A stretch of 64,000 bases of DNA from a bacterium (GCA_965213625.1 CBDBZU010000004.1:1376001-1440000); one strand, 5' to 3'. Counted from the stretch's first letter, positions 1 through 10,614 are shown. Numbers and translations are program-made. The notes: a model not told the origin generated them from the letters alone.

Positions 1-192
1 TCATTATGTTCACGATTCCCGGTGTGGGTCAAGTTGACGTGAAACGGAGTTTTTCCTGTTTCCGCCTTTTTCGCTGGCGAAAATCCACGCGGAAAGATAG
101 AGTTCGCAGTGTCAAGCTTTTCCATTATTACGACTGTGGGCGATGCGCGTTTCGTATCTGTTAGGGTGATGTTTCATTCCGGTTAAATTGTC

Positions 193-1446
193 ATGAGCGC
201 TGAGATGACGGACGAAAGAATTTTTAGGAACGCCAGGATCGGCTCAGGCGGCCCGTTCGTGGACTTGCGCGTCGCCGGGGGCCGGTTTTCGAGTATATCG
301 TCGGGGCTTAAGAACGAGGCAGGGTGTGAGGAGATCGACTTGGGCGCCCGCGTCGTGCTGCCCGCGTTCGTGGAGAGCCACATTCATCTGGATAAGGCGT
401 TTCTGGAAGAGCGTGAGCCCAATCTTTCCGGTACGCTCGAGGACGCCATATCCATCACGTTCGCCCTCAAGAAAAGCGTCACGGAACAAGACATCATGGA
501 GCGCGCCGAGCGTGCGCTGCGCATGTGCATCCGGAATGGCGCCACCTGGTTTCGCGCGCAGGTGGAGGTCGACCCCATCGTCGGTCTCAAGGGAGTGGAA
601 GTCGCCCTCGCGCTCAAGGAGAAATACGCAGGCCTTGCGGATTTTCAACTCGTCATTTTTCCGCAGGAAGGCATCGAGCAGCAGCCGGGCACGGAGGATT
701 TGATGCGCGAGGCCATGCGGATGGGCGGGGACCTCATTGGCGGAATTCCGTATAACGACCTGGATCCAGAGCGGCACCTGGATATCGTCTTCGCAATGGC
801 CGAGGCGTTCGGCTGCGGACTGGATTTTCATCTCGATTTCGCGGACGACCCCCGGGTGAGGAAAGTCGAATCCGTGGCCGCCCGCACGATGGCCGCAGGC
901 TTGCAGGGCAGGGTGGCCGTCGGTCATCTCACCTCCCTGGGCGCGATGTCGCCGGATGAGGCCGCGACGGTCATCGAGAAGATTCTCGAGGCGGATATCT
1001 CCGTCCTGCCCCTGCCGGCGACGGATTTGTTCCTGGGCGGCAGGGGGGAGGCGCCGCCTCGCTTTAGAAGCCTGGCGCCCGTGAAGGACCTGCTGAGCGC
1101 AGGCGTCAACGTGGCCGTTTCATCGAACAACATCCGCAACGCCTTTACGCCCTCTGGGCGCGGCGATTTGCTGGAAATCGGTCTTCTCCTCGCCCACACG
1201 CTCCACATGAGCGGCGCATCGGACAGAGGTCTGGTGCCTAAGCTTTTCACGACGAACGCTGCCAGGGCCTTGGGGGTGGAGGAGGGCTACGGCTTGCGGC
1301 AAGGCTGCGCGGCCGATTTCGTGGTTCTTGATTCGGTGAATTACGACGACATTCTCATCGATCAGCCCGAGAAGCGATTCGTGGTGAAGGGCGGGCGAAT
1401 TATCGTGGAGAACATTACGCAAACGACCTGGCGGGAGATGGAATAG
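193..1446 (+). CDS. Metal-dependent amidohydrolase, cytosine/creatinine deaminase-like
   Basis: HxH motif (ESHIHLDKA), FPQEG, DFHLD, VGHLTSL and C-terminal GCAADFVV match CodA-like deaminases. Confidence 0.85.
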   Translation: MSAEMTDERIFRNARIGSGGPFVDLRVAGGRFSSISSGLKNEAGCEEIDLGARVVLPAFVESHIHLDKAFLEEREPNLSGTLEDAISITFALKKSVTEQDIMERAERALRMCIRNGATWFRAQVEVDPIVGLKGVEVALALKEKYAGLADFQLVIFPQEGIEQQPGTEDLMREAMRMGGDLIGGIPYNDLDPERHLDIVFAMAEAFGCGLDFHLDFADDPRVRKVESVAARTMAAGLQGRVAVGHLTSLGAMSPDEAATVIEKILEADISVLPLPATDLFLGGRGEAPPRFRSLAPVKDLLSAGVNVAVSSNNIRNAFTPSGRGDLLEIGLLLAHTLHMSGASDRGLVPKLFTTNAARALGVEEGYGLRQGCAADFVVLDSVNYDDILIDQPEKRFVVKGGRIIVENITQTTWREME

Positions 1447-2697
1447 ATGGGTGTGATCACGGACGCGAATGCAGAGGCGCTCACCCGCATCACCGAAGCG
1501 GAACCCGTCCTGGTGGACGTGCGCCCGGCGGGCGAGGTGATACCGGGTCTGGAAGATGGCGTTCTTCTCCATGCCGGTCCCCCGATCGAGTGGGAGCGGA
1601 TGTGCGGTCCCCTGCGCGGAGCGATAGCCGGAGCAGCCGTCCTGGAAGGCTGGGCGGAAGATTTGGCCTCGGGCGAGGCGCTTGCCGCCTCGGGCGAGGT
1701 CGCCTTCCATCCGAATCATCATTTCGACGCCGTCGGTCCCATGACGGGTATCACCACGCGCTCGATGCCGGTGATGGTCGTGGAGAACAATAAATTCGGA
1801 AACCGCGCCTATTGCACCCTGAACGAGGGTCTGGGAAAGGTGATGCGCTTCGGCGGAAACGACGAGGAGGTGCTGAACCGGCTTCGTTGGCTTGCGGAGC
1901 GTCTCGCGCCCGCGCTCTCGGACGCCCTGCAGGCCACGGGAGGGTTGCCGCTCAAGAGCATCATCGCGCGGGGACTTTCGATGGGGGATGAGATGCACCA
2001 GCGCAACGTGGCCTGTACGAGCCTCTTCATGCGAGAGGCGGCGCCTGCGCTGGCGCGTGTGGTGAGGGAAAGCAAGGCGCTGGAGGAGGCTTTGTCCTTC
2101 ATTGGTGGAAATGATCAGTTCTTCCTGAACATCGTGATGGCTACCGGGAAGGCGGTGATGGACCCGGTGCGCGGTATCGAGGCGTCGAGCATCGTCACGG
2201 CGATGTGCCGCAACGGAACGGATTTCGGCATCCGGGTGAGCGCGACGGGGGATGAGTGGTTCACCGCGCCGGTGGAAATGCCCGAGGGGCTGTATTTCCC
2301 GGGCTTCGGTGAGGAAGACGCCAACCCGGACATGGGCGATTCCACGATCATCGAGACGATGGGGCTGGGGGGATTCGCCATGGCGGCGGCGCCGGCCGTC
2401 GTCGGGTTCGTGGGGGCGGGGAGCGCTGCGGATGCGCTGAATTATTCACGCGCCATGTACGAGATCACCCAGGGCCGAAACCCCGAGTGGACGATTCCCG
2501 CACTCGATTTTCAGGGGGTTCCTACAGGGATAGACATCACCAAGGTGGTGAAACTCGGCGTTACGCCCGTCATCAACACAGGAATCGCCCACAAGGAACC
2601 GGGTGTCGGCCAGGTGGGCGCGGGCGTGGTGCGCGCGCCGCTCGCCTGTTTCGAACAGGCGCTCGAAGCCTATGGCGAGAAGATGGGTGTGGCCTGA
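1447..2697 (+). CDS. DUF1116 family protein (YlbE/YahG, AllG-like)
   Basis: LLHAGPP, NEGLGKVMRFG, MGDEMHQRN, RNGTDFGIR, NPDMGDS, INTGIAHKEPGVGQVGAG; starts immediately after the deaminase stop. Confidence 0.85.
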   Translation: MGVITDANAEALTRITEAEPVLVDVRPAGEVIPGLEDGVLLHAGPPIEWERMCGPLRGAIAGAAVLEGWAEDLASGEALAASGEVAFHPNHHFDAVGPMTGITTRSMPVMVVENNKFGNRAYCTLNEGLGKVMRFGGNDEEVLNRLRWLAERLAPALSDALQATGGLPLKSIIARGLSMGDEMHQRNVACTSLFMREAAPALARVVRESKALEEALSFIGGNDQFFLNIVMATGKAVMDPVRGIEASSIVTAMCRNGTDFGIRVSATGDEWFTAPVEMPEGLYFPGFGEEDANPDMGDSTIIETMGLGGFAMAAAPAVVGFVGAGSAADALNYSRAMYEITQGRNPEWTIPALDFQGVPTGIDITKVVKLGVTPVINTGIAHKEPGVGQVGAGVVRAPLACFEQALEAYGEKMGVA

Positions 2698-2703
2698 ACC
2701 CGT

Positions 2704-4377
2704 TTAGTTCTCCAGGCGCTCGTATTCGATATGGGCGTCGATCAGATACGGCTTGCCGCTCGCCAGTCCTTTTTCCATGGCCTCTTTGAGTTCCGCCGGC
2801 GTTTTCGCCCGTGTGGCGTACACGCCCATGGATTGCGCCATCTGGATGAAGTCGAGTTCGGGCTCCTTGAAATCCATGGCGACGAATTGCCGGTGCTCCT
2901 GCGTTTTGCCGTCGAGCCGCAAGACTCTCTCTTTTAGAATCCGGTAGCTCTTGTTGTTGAGAATCACGAACACGGCGTCCAGGTCGTATTTCGCGGCGCT
3001 CCAGAGCGCCTGGATGGCGTACATGGCGGAACCGTCGCCGGAGAGGCAGACCACGGGCGTATCGGGCAGGGCTTTTTTCACTCCCAGCGCGCTGGGCAGG
3101 CCCAGGCCGATGCCGCCTCCCTTCATGCCGAAAAGTGAATCTATCTTCCCCGCTATCGCGCTTTTTAATCCGCCCCCGTGCCCCATGGTGAGGGATTCAT
3201 CCACCAGCGCCGTTCCTTGAGGGATAGCCTCACCGAATGCGGCCTGGAAGGTCTCTTTCGTCAAAAGGCCGCCATCCTCACCTGCTTTTGGGGCGATCTC
3301 TTTTCTCGATGCCGCCAGTTCCTTTTCGATCCACACACGGCGCTCCGCGGCGCTTTGAAGGCCAGGTTCTCCCATTTTCTTCTCCACCGCCTCTGTGAGT
3401 TCGACGAGCGTGGTCTTGGGGTCTCCCAGCATGGCGACGTCGACGGGGAAGTTCTTGCCGATCTCCCAGGGGTCCAGGTCCAGATGAATGATTCGCGCGC
3501 TGCGCGGGGCCAGCGGACCTTCCGGCGGGAAGGAGAAGGTGTAGGTTTCCGTGCCGATGAAGAACACGACGTCAGCGTCCTCTATCTGGTCCAGCAGAGG
3601 CTCGATGGTGTTCAGTAGTTCTCCCGCATAGAGAGGATGAGTTAGGGAGACCGAGAGGGAATTTGGGCGGTTGTCGGAAAACACCTTCGCCCCGATGCGC
3701 TCCGCCAGCCGGGCGACTTCGTTCACCGCGCCCGAGCGGGTGACGCGCGAACCGGTGACGATGTAGGGGTTCTCGGCTTGGGCGAGCGTCTGCGCCGCGC
3801 GTTCGATGGATTCCGCAGGCGCGGGAAACGCGCTCGAAAGCCGCGTGGGGCGACCCGTGAGGCCTCCCGTCTCGGCGAGCATGACGTCGCCGGGCAGTGA
3901 CAGGAAGACCGGACCCGTGGGCGGCGTGAGCGCGTATTTTATCGCCCGTCGGACGCTTTGCTCCAGATCCTCCACCCGACGCACCTCGTAGGACCATTTC
4001 GTGAGCGGCTCCGCCATGCGCGGCAGATCGTCCCAGAGCACGGGTTCCGAGAGTTGGCCGCGCTGGCCCTGGTTACCTGCCGTGACGATCAAGGGGGTGC
4101 CGGCACGTTTGATGTTGTAGAGCATACCCATGGCGTTGCCGAGACCCGGAGCGACGTGGAGGTTCACCACGCCCACACCGCCTGTGGCGTAGGCGTAGCC
4201 CTCGGCCGCGCCGATGGTGACGGATTCCTGAAGGCAGAGGATGTAATCGAGCCTGCTCTCGTTCACCAGCGCGTCCATGAGAGGCAGTTCGGTGGTCCCC
4301 GGGTTGCCGAACATGCAATAGACACCCTCGTCGATGAGTGTTTCCAGGAACAGATCCGAGCCGTTTCCGCTATTCAT
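2704..4377 (-). CDS. TPP-dependent enzyme, benzoylformate decarboxylase-like
   Basis: FGNPGTTELP, NLHVAPGLGNA, TPP-binding GDGS...NN motif. Confidence 0.85.
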   Translation of the reverse strand: MNSGNGSDLFLETLIDEGVYCMFGNPGTTELPLMDALVNESRLDYILCLQESVTIGAAEGYAYATGGVGVVNLHVAPGLGNAMGMLYNIKRAGTPLIVTAGNQGQRGQLSEPVLWDDLPRMAEPLTKWSYEVRRVEDLEQSVRRAIKYALTPPTGPVFLSLPGDVMLAETGGLTGRPTRLSSAFPAPAESIERAAQTLAQAENPYIVTGSRVTRSGAVNEVARLAERIGAKVFSDNRPNSLSVSLTHPLYAGELLNTIEPLLDQIEDADVVFFIGTETYTFSFPPEGPLAPRSARIIHLDLDPWEIGKNFPVDVAMLGDPKTTLVELTEAVEKKMGEPGLQSAAERRVWIEKELAASRKEIAPKAGEDGGLLTKETFQAAFGEAIPQGTALVDESLTMGHGGGLKSAIAGKIDSLFGMKGGGIGLGLPSALGVKKALPDTPVVCLSGDGSAMYAIQALWSAAKYDLDAVFVILNNKSYRILKERVLRLDGKTQEHRQFVAMDFKEPELDFIQMAQSMGVYATRAKTPAELKEAMEKGLASGKPYLIDAHIEYERLEN

Positions 4378-4407
4378 GCGCTTTCCCTCATGAGAATTTT
4401 TTTGGAC

Positions 4408-5583
4408 TTAGAAGATGGATGCCGCCTCATTTTGACTCAAAACGAAGTTCGACGCCATTTGCAGGCACTTCTCCGTGCTGGGCGGCATCACCAGCGCGGC
4501 CCTGGCGTCGCGATGAAAACGCTGGAGCGGCTTGTCGTTCAGCAGGCCGGGTCCGCCTGCGATCTTGAGCGCCTTTTCCGTCATGGAAGCCGCCGCTTCG
4601 GAAGCGGTGTATTTCGCTTCATTGATGAAAGGAATGGCCTTGGCCGCGTCCCGGGTCTCCAGCACCCAGGCGGCTTTTTGGATCATGATGAGCGCGGTTT
4701 CGTAAGCAATTTTCATCTCCCCGATCTGGCGCTGAATCGCCGGATAGCTTGCGATGGGCACGTTGTCTGGCAGGAGTTTGCGCTTGAGCGCGTAGTCCAC
4801 AACCCAGTCCAGCGCGGCAGCGCCCGCGCCCAGATAGACGGCGGAGTAGCCCAGGCCGAACCGGGGGACGAAATCGGGCTGGAGTATGCCCTCGCCCGTG
4901 CCAACGATGTTGCGCGCCGGAACCCTCACGTCCGCATAGGCGAGCGAGTGGCTGGCTGTGCCTCGCATAGCGAAGGCGTCCCAGCGGCTTGGGATGGTGA
5001 TCCCGGCGAGGTTTTTATCCAGCACCGCCCAACGCAGGCCGGCTTGGAGTTCCTCCACTCCTTCGAGCAGACACCAGAGGACATAATAATTCGCCTCACC
5101 GGCCATGGAGCAAAAATACTTCTGGCCGTTGATGACGTATTCATCCCCCTCTTTGCGGGCGCGTGTTGTTATGGTGCGGTTCCACTGGGGGCTTGAGGCC
5201 GCCTCGCCCGCGTGGCTACCGAATATGGCGCCGTTTTGGGCCGCCTCGGCGAAGCGGTGTTTTTGCTCTTCATCGGAGAGTGTGAGGAGAAAGTATAGGA
5301 TCGAGCTGTGCATGTGCAGCGTCATGGCGGTGTTCGTGCAGCCCTTGCTCAGTTCGTGAAACACCATGGCGTAGCAGACAGGGTCGCTCCAGAGCTCCCG
5401 CCCGCCGTAGGACTCGGGCAGCGTAAGGCGCGTGAATCCTTCCCGGATCAGGGCGGCGAAACTCTCGCGGGGAAAACGTTGTTCCTGATCGCATTGGTCC
5501 GCATGCGCAGCCAGTACGTTTTGGGCGAGTTCTCTGGCCTGTTCGATCAGGGTCTCGTTTTTCGGGTTTTGGCTTAGGTCCAT
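4408..5583 (-). CDS. Acyl-CoA dehydrogenase-fold flavoprotein (possibly monooxygenase type)
   Basis: INGQKYFCS, AMRGTASH, LQRFHRDAR; close paralog of 7214..8389. Confidence 0.85.
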   Translation of the reverse strand: MDLSQNPKNETLIEQARELAQNVLAAHADQCDQEQRFPRESFAALIREGFTRLTLPESYGGRELWSDPVCYAMVFHELSKGCTNTAMTLHMHSSILYFLLTLSDEEQKHRFAEAAQNGAIFGSHAGEAASSPQWNRTITTRARKEGDEYVINGQKYFCSMAGEANYYVLWCLLEGVEELQAGLRWAVLDKNLAGITIPSRWDAFAMRGTASHSLAYADVRVPARNIVGTGEGILQPDFVPRFGLGYSAVYLGAGAAALDWVVDYALKRKLLPDNVPIASYPAIQRQIGEMKIAYETALIMIQKAAWVLETRDAAKAIPFINEAKYTASEAAASMTEKALKIAGGPGLLNDKPLQRFHRDARAALVMPPSTEKCLQMASNFVLSQNEAASIF

Positions 5584-5621
5584 GAAATCTCGTTCAAGCG
5601 TTCTAATATAATAATGATTGG

Positions 5622-7193
5622 TTACGTTTTTTCTTTCAGCAAACGACGCAGTATTTTCCCGCTGCCGGATTTCGGGATAGCGTCGATGAAGGCCACCGCG
5701 CGAATATGCTTGTAACCCGCGACATTTTCGTTCACGAATTCCATTAACGCTTCTTCGTCGATCTGGACGTCTTCTTTAGGAACCACGAAGGCAATGGGGA
5801 TTTCGCCCGCCTCGGGATCCTCGCGGGGAACGACGGCGGCGTCCGCAACGTCGGGGTGTAGGTGCAGACAGGCTTCGAGTTCGGCGGGCGCAACGGCGAA
5901 GCCCTTGTACTTGATCATCTCCTTTTTCCTGTCCACCAGATAGACGTAGCCCTGCTCGTCCACCCGGCCGATGTCGCCCGTATGGAGCCAGCCGTCACGC
6001 AGCGCCTCGGCCGTGGCCTCGGGCGCGTTCCAGTAGCCTTTCATGATGTGGGGGCCCTTGATGATCAGCTCACCCGTCTCGCCCACGGGTAATTCCTTAG
6101 TCCCCGTTTCCACGTCCACGATTTTTTGTTCCTGATCGGAGACAGGAGGCCCTACGGACTCCTCCTGAACGAGAGCCTCCACCGGAGGGTTCAGGTGCGT
6201 GAGCGGCGAGGCTTCGGTCAGCCCGTAGCCCATGAATGTGAGTACGCCCGTCTTCTCCTGCACGATGCGTCTCACTTCGGACGGCAGGGGCGCCGCCCCG
6301 CTCATGATGTACCTCAGGGAAGAAAGGTCGTAGTCGCCCAGGTTCTCATGGTGCGCGATCGCCAGGAGCGCAGGCGGTACGCCAAAGAAAAGAGTGAGCT
6401 TGTGCTCCTGCACGAGATGCAGGGCGTCGGGCACGGTGAAGCGATTCATCAGTACTTGGGTGGCGCCTGCGAGAATCAGCGAACCCATGATCAGCGCGCC
6501 GTAGATGTGATAGAGGGGCAGGAACAAGAGACCCGAATCCCGGTCCGTTATGTGATGGTTCGCCACGCACTGGTGGTAGTTCGATACCAGGTTCCTGTGG
6601 GTCAGCATCACGCCTTTCGGGAGACCCGTCGTGCCGCTCGAATAGGGCAGGGCGATTAAATCCTGGGCAAAGTCGATTTCAGGCTCTGGCAGGCTCTCCG
6701 CTGAGTGCGAGCCTATCCATTCCTCAAAGCGTGCGTCTCCTCCTTCCTCATCCGTGACGATGATGGCTTCGAGTGTCGGCAACTCTTTTCGCACTTCTCG
6801 AACCACGGCGGCGCCCTCGGCCGTCGTGATCAGAATCTTCGCGCCCGAATCGCCCAGCTGGTACGCGGCTTCTGCTTCCTTGTAGGCGGGGTTCATCGGC
6901 GTGAAGACGGCGCCTATCTTCGATGCGCCGAAAGCGGCGATTTCGAATTCGGCTGAATTCGGCAGGAAAAGGCCGACGCGGTCCCCAATCCCCACGCCTT
7001 CGGCGAGCATGGCGCGAGCGCAGGCGTTCGAGAGCACGTCGAGTTCCCGGTAACTCATTTGGATATCCCCGTCCACCAGGGCGATTGCGTCCGGGCGGCG
7101 CGTGCATGCCGTCTTGAGCAGGCCGTGAAACGCGTAATCAGGATATTCGAGAGGGGGACGGAAATAAGGAGGAAGGTTGACGCTTTCACTCAT
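5622..7193 (-). CDS. AMP-forming acyl-CoA ligase (4-coumarate/long-chain fatty acid CoA ligase family)
   Basis: YSSGTTGLPKG, GYGLTE, GWLHTGD, DRKKEMIK, PKSGSGKILR. Confidence 0.9.
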   Translation of the reverse strand: MSESVNLPPYFRPPLEYPDYAFHGLLKTACTRRPDAIALVDGDIQMSYRELDVLSNACARAMLAEGVGIGDRVGLFLPNSAEFEIAAFGASKIGAVFTPMNPAYKEAEAAYQLGDSGAKILITTAEGAAVVREVRKELPTLEAIIVTDEEGGDARFEEWIGSHSAESLPEPEIDFAQDLIALPYSSGTTGLPKGVMLTHRNLVSNYHQCVANHHITDRDSGLLFLPLYHIYGALIMGSLILAGATQVLMNRFTVPDALHLVQEHKLTLFFGVPPALLAIAHHENLGDYDLSSLRYIMSGAAPLPSEVRRIVQEKTGVLTFMGYGLTEASPLTHLNPPVEALVQEESVGPPVSDQEQKIVDVETGTKELPVGETGELIIKGPHIMKGYWNAPEATAEALRDGWLHTGDIGRVDEQGYVYLVDRKKEMIKYKGFAVAPAELEACLHLHPDVADAAVVPREDPEAGEIPIAFVVPKEDVQIDEEALMEFVNENVAGYKHIRAVAFIDAIPKSGSGKILRRLLKEKT

Positions 7194-7213
7194 CGGCGAT
7201 GTTCCTCCATGGG

Positions 7214-8389
7214 TTATGATCCCAGGACGTTCGCGCTGCCCTCGAGCACGGTTTTAGCTGTGAGTTCCAGGCACTTTTCCGTGTTGGGCGGCATAATGAG
7301 GCCCGCTCTCGCTTCGCGGTGATAGCGCTGGAGCGGATTATGCCGGAACAGTCCCGGGCCGCCGGCGACTTTAATCGCTTTTTCCGTGATGAAGGCCGAA
7401 GCTTCCGCGCAAACGAATTTCGCCTCGTTGATGGCGCCGTACGCCTTGTCCGCACCGTGGGCGTTGATCATCCAGCCCGCTCTCTGGAGCATGAGAATAG
7501 CGCCCTCGAGCGCAATTTTCATCTCCCCTATCTGGCGTTGTATGGCGGGATAAGAGGCGATGGGCACGTTATCGGGCATGAGCTTTCGGGTTTGCGCGTA
7601 GTTGACCACCCAGTCGAAAGCGCCTCCCCCCGCGCCGAGGTAGACGGCGGAATAGCCGAAACCGAACTTGGGAAGAACGTCGGGGCGTATCGGGTCTCCG
7701 CCCCGGCCCACCAAGTCCTCCACCGGTATCTTCACGTCGTCGTAAATCATCGAGTGGCTCATCGTTCCGCGCATGGCGAAGGAGTTCCACTCCTGATCTA
7801 TCTTGAAGCCGGGATTGTCCGAGGGCGCGATGAGCAGCCCAAGGCTTTTCGTGAGGTCTTCCTCGTCTTCAAGCTGCACCCAAAGCACGTAGTAATCCGC
7901 CTCGCCGGCCATGGAGCAGAAGTATTTTCTTCCGTTGATCCTGTAGACGTCGCCGTCCCGAATCGCCTTCGTCTCCATGCGCCACACGCCGTGAAGGCTC
8001 GAGGTGTTCTCGCTCGCATAACTCGCGATAATTTTTCCGCCACGTATGATTTCGCTGTACCTGCGCTTTTGCTCATCCGTTCCCAGGTAGGTGATGACGT
8101 GCGATATGGAGCTGTGCATGTGAAAGAGCATGGCCGTGTTCGTGCAGCCCTTGGAGAGCTCGTATAGGACCATCGAGTAGGTGGCCGTGTCCTCGTAGAG
8201 GTCCCTGCCACCCTGGTCTTTCGGAAGCGTCAGGGAGGTGAAGCCCTCCCTCGCCAGATCGTTGAAATTCTCGCGGGGAAAAATACCGTCCTGGTCGATT
8301 TTCTCGGCTCTCGGGGCCAGAATTTCCTTCGCGTAGATTTTCGCGCGTTCGAGCAAATCTTCATTTTCAGGGTTGATACGAAAATCCAC
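7214..8389 (-). CDS. Acyl-CoA dehydrogenase-fold flavoprotein (possibly monooxygenase type)
   Basis: INGRKYFCS, AMRGTMSH, LQRYHREAR; GTG start. Confidence 0.85.
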   Translation of the reverse strand: MDFRINPENEDLLERAKIYAKEILAPRAEKIDQDGIFPRENFNDLAREGFTSLTLPKDQGGRDLYEDTATYSMVLYELSKGCTNTAMLFHMHSSISHVITYLGTDEQKRRYSEIIRGGKIIASYASENTSSLHGVWRMETKAIRDGDVYRINGRKYFCSMAGEADYYVLWVQLEDEEDLTKSLGLLIAPSDNPGFKIDQEWNSFAMRGTMSHSMIYDDVKIPVEDLVGRGGDPIRPDVLPKFGFGYSAVYLGAGGGAFDWVVNYAQTRKLMPDNVPIASYPAIQRQIGEMKIALEGAILMLQRAGWMINAHGADKAYGAINEAKFVCAEASAFITEKAIKVAGGPGLFRHNPLQRYHREARAGLIMPPNTEKCLELTAKTVLEGSANVLGS

Positions 8390-8421
8390 CTGCTTCTTCC
8401 TTACCGTTCACGAAATGGAAT

Positions 8422-9579
8422 CTATGCGCCGCCGATGTTCCAGCCCCGTCCTTCGTCGCCGTAGCCAACCGAGCCGTCTTCGGTGACGACCACGGTGTCC
8501 TCGAGTTTCACGAAGCCGACTTCGGGGTTTTTAATGTCGGTTTCGATGGACACCACCATCCCGGGTTCGAGTCCCCTGGTTTCGTAGGTGGCGGGGTAGG
8601 GCACGACGCCAGAGGAGGTGAGGTGCGGCGCTTCGTGCTGGATGATGCCCATGCCGTGCGCGAGGAAGACCATCTGATCGTCGTGTTCGCATCTGGCCTG
8701 CTCTTTGAGGGCGGCATCATAGATTTCCTGTCCAGTGACGCCCGGACGTACAACCGCGCGTGCGGCCGTTTGCACGGCTTGGATTTCACCGAGCAAATCC
8801 TCCATGAGCTGCGTGGGTTCGCCCAAAACGGCCATGCGGCAAAGATCGCCCAGGTATCCCTGCTTGTTCCCGCCCGAATCGAGCGAGAGGATGTTTCCTT
8901 CATCCCAAGTGGCGTTCGAGGGAGCGCGGTTAAAGCTCGGCCCCGTGCAGGTCAGGCAATACTCGAAGTCGAGTCCCCTTTGGGTCTCGAGTTTCTTCAT
9001 CTCGTCCGCCACCTCGTACATGGTGGTGCCCGGAGGCGTGCTCTTCATGACGTCGAGCATGCACTCGACGATGGTTTCCGAAGCCTCCTTGAGCAAGGTG
9101 AGTTCGTGGGGCTGCTTCACGGCCCGGAGCTCCTCGAGCAGGTAGACGGCGTCGATGAATTTCGCGTCGGGCAATTCCTCCTGAAGCGCCTCGTATGAGT
9201 CCGCCGGAAGGAAGCATTTCTCAACCGCCACGGTGCCTTTCTCGTGGCCGAGCCTGCGGATGAAATCGGCCGCGTCCTTGCCTGCCTGATCGGTGTGCCA
9301 CTGGTTGTTTCTCTTCTCGGGCACCCACAGGGGTTCGACTTCCTGCTGCCAGCCCTCCATGATGTTTCCGATGTAGAATGCTTTGTCGGGTGCGCCCTTC
9401 GGGAGGCCCACAATCGGCTGGTAGCGGCTTACGCCTATGGCGTCCTTGTGGGCGAAGAAAAAGAATTGATAGCCGCCGAGCAGGTACCGGACGTTTTCCT
9501 TTGAAGTGGCGAGAACGACGTCCGCTCCCTGATCATCCATCAAAGCGCTGAGCTTGTTGTCATCAAAGGGCAGGTTCAT
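8422..9579 (-). CDS. M24 family Xaa-Pro peptidase-like metallohydrolase
   Basis: Pita-bread metal ligands D..GYLGD, HGMG..HE, SIE, LEDTV. Confidence 0.85.
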   Translation of the reverse strand: MNLPFDDNKLSALMDDQGADVVLATSKENVRYLLGGYQFFFFAHKDAIGVSRYQPIVGLPKGAPDKAFYIGNIMEGWQQEVEPLWVPEKRNNQWHTDQAGKDAADFIRRLGHEKGTVAVEKCFLPADSYEALQEELPDAKFIDAVYLLEELRAVKQPHELTLLKEASETIVECMLDVMKSTPPGTTMYEVADEMKKLETQRGLDFEYCLTCTGPSFNRAPSNATWDEGNILSLDSGGNKQGYLGDLCRMAVLGEPTQLMEDLLGEIQAVQTAARAVVRPGVTGQEIYDAALKEQARCEHDDQMVFLAHGMGIIQHEAPHLTSSGVVPYPATYETRGLEPGMVVSIETDIKNPEVGFVKLEDTVVVTEDGSVGYGDEGRGWNIGGA

Positions 9580-9851
9580 GGCGGTTTCCTCTCCAATATG
9601 TGATATCCCGGATTCGGTTTTCTGAATTTATGTCGAGAACGTGTCGCTACTCATCTCCCCGAATTCAATGAGACGGCGGGGAATGCGCTGTCTCGACGAA
9701 TGCTCGAACAATGATTCATGAACAAAAAAAGGGTGTCATGCAGGGGGGAAAATTGCAAGCGAAGGGTTTTGAAAATAGAGGCGTTTCGGCTGGGTGAGCA
9801 AGAAAGAGACAGACTTGGAGAAGCTGGTATTTATTGCTCACTTATTTGGGC

Positions 9852-10601
9852 TCAACCACCCATGGCGATGCCGCCGTTCACATCCAGGCAGATGCCCGTG
9901 ATGTATTCCGCTTCGTCCGAGGCCAGGAATAGCGCGGCGTTGGCTACATCGAAAGGCCTGCCCACGCGGCCGAGCGGAACCTGTTTGACTATCTCTTCTT
10001 GTCGGGCGGGGAGCCATTCGTCTGTGAGCGGCGTGGCCGTGGGGCCGGGCGCGATGGCGTTCACGGTGATACCGTACGGCCCAAGCGTCTTGGCGAGCGA
10101 GCGCGTGAGGCCGATGACGCCGGCTTTCGCCGATGTGTAGGGGATTCCGCCCGCGAAGCCGCCCGAACGCCATGCGGATGATGAGAGATTAACGATGCGG
10201 CCATAGCGCCTCTCCATCATGTGCTCCGAGACGGCTCGGGCGCAGAGGTATTCTCCCTTCAGGTTCACGTCGATCACCGCGTCCCAGTCATCTTCGGTGT
10301 ATTCGAGATATCCCTTCTTGGGAGAGATGCCCGCGTTGTTGATGAGAATGTCGATTCGCCCAAATGCTTTCAGGCAGGACTCGGCCATCTCCCCCACGGC
10401 GGCGGAATTCGAAACGTCGGCCTCATGCCCGAGAATGCCGGGTGCGCGCACGGATAGCTCGTCCGAGAGAACCCGGACGGCACGGGCGTTTTTGTCGCAG
10501 ATGAGTAAAGACGCGCCCTCAGCCGCGAAACGCCTGGCGATGGCCTCGCCCAGACCGCTGCCCGCTCCCGTGATGATGGCCGCCTTGTCCTTGAGCCGCA
10601 T
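9852..10601 (-). CDS. SDR family oxidoreductase
   Basis: TGAGSGLG, NNAG, YTSAK; start placed at MRLKDK, downstream of GGGAG. Confidence 0.9.
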   Translation of the reverse strand: MRLKDKAAIITGAGSGLGEAIARRFAAEGASLLICDKNARAVRVLSDELSVRAPGILGHEADVSNSAAVGEMAESCLKAFGRIDILINNAGISPKKGYLEYTEDDWDAVIDVNLKGEYLCARAVSEHMMERRYGRIVNLSSSAWRSGGFAGGIPYTSAKAGVIGLTRSLAKTLGPYGITVNAIAPGPTATPLTDEWLPARQEEIVKQVPLGRVGRPFDVANAALFLASDEAEYITGICLDVNGGIAMGG

Positions 10602-10614
10602 GCGGGTCTCCCGT

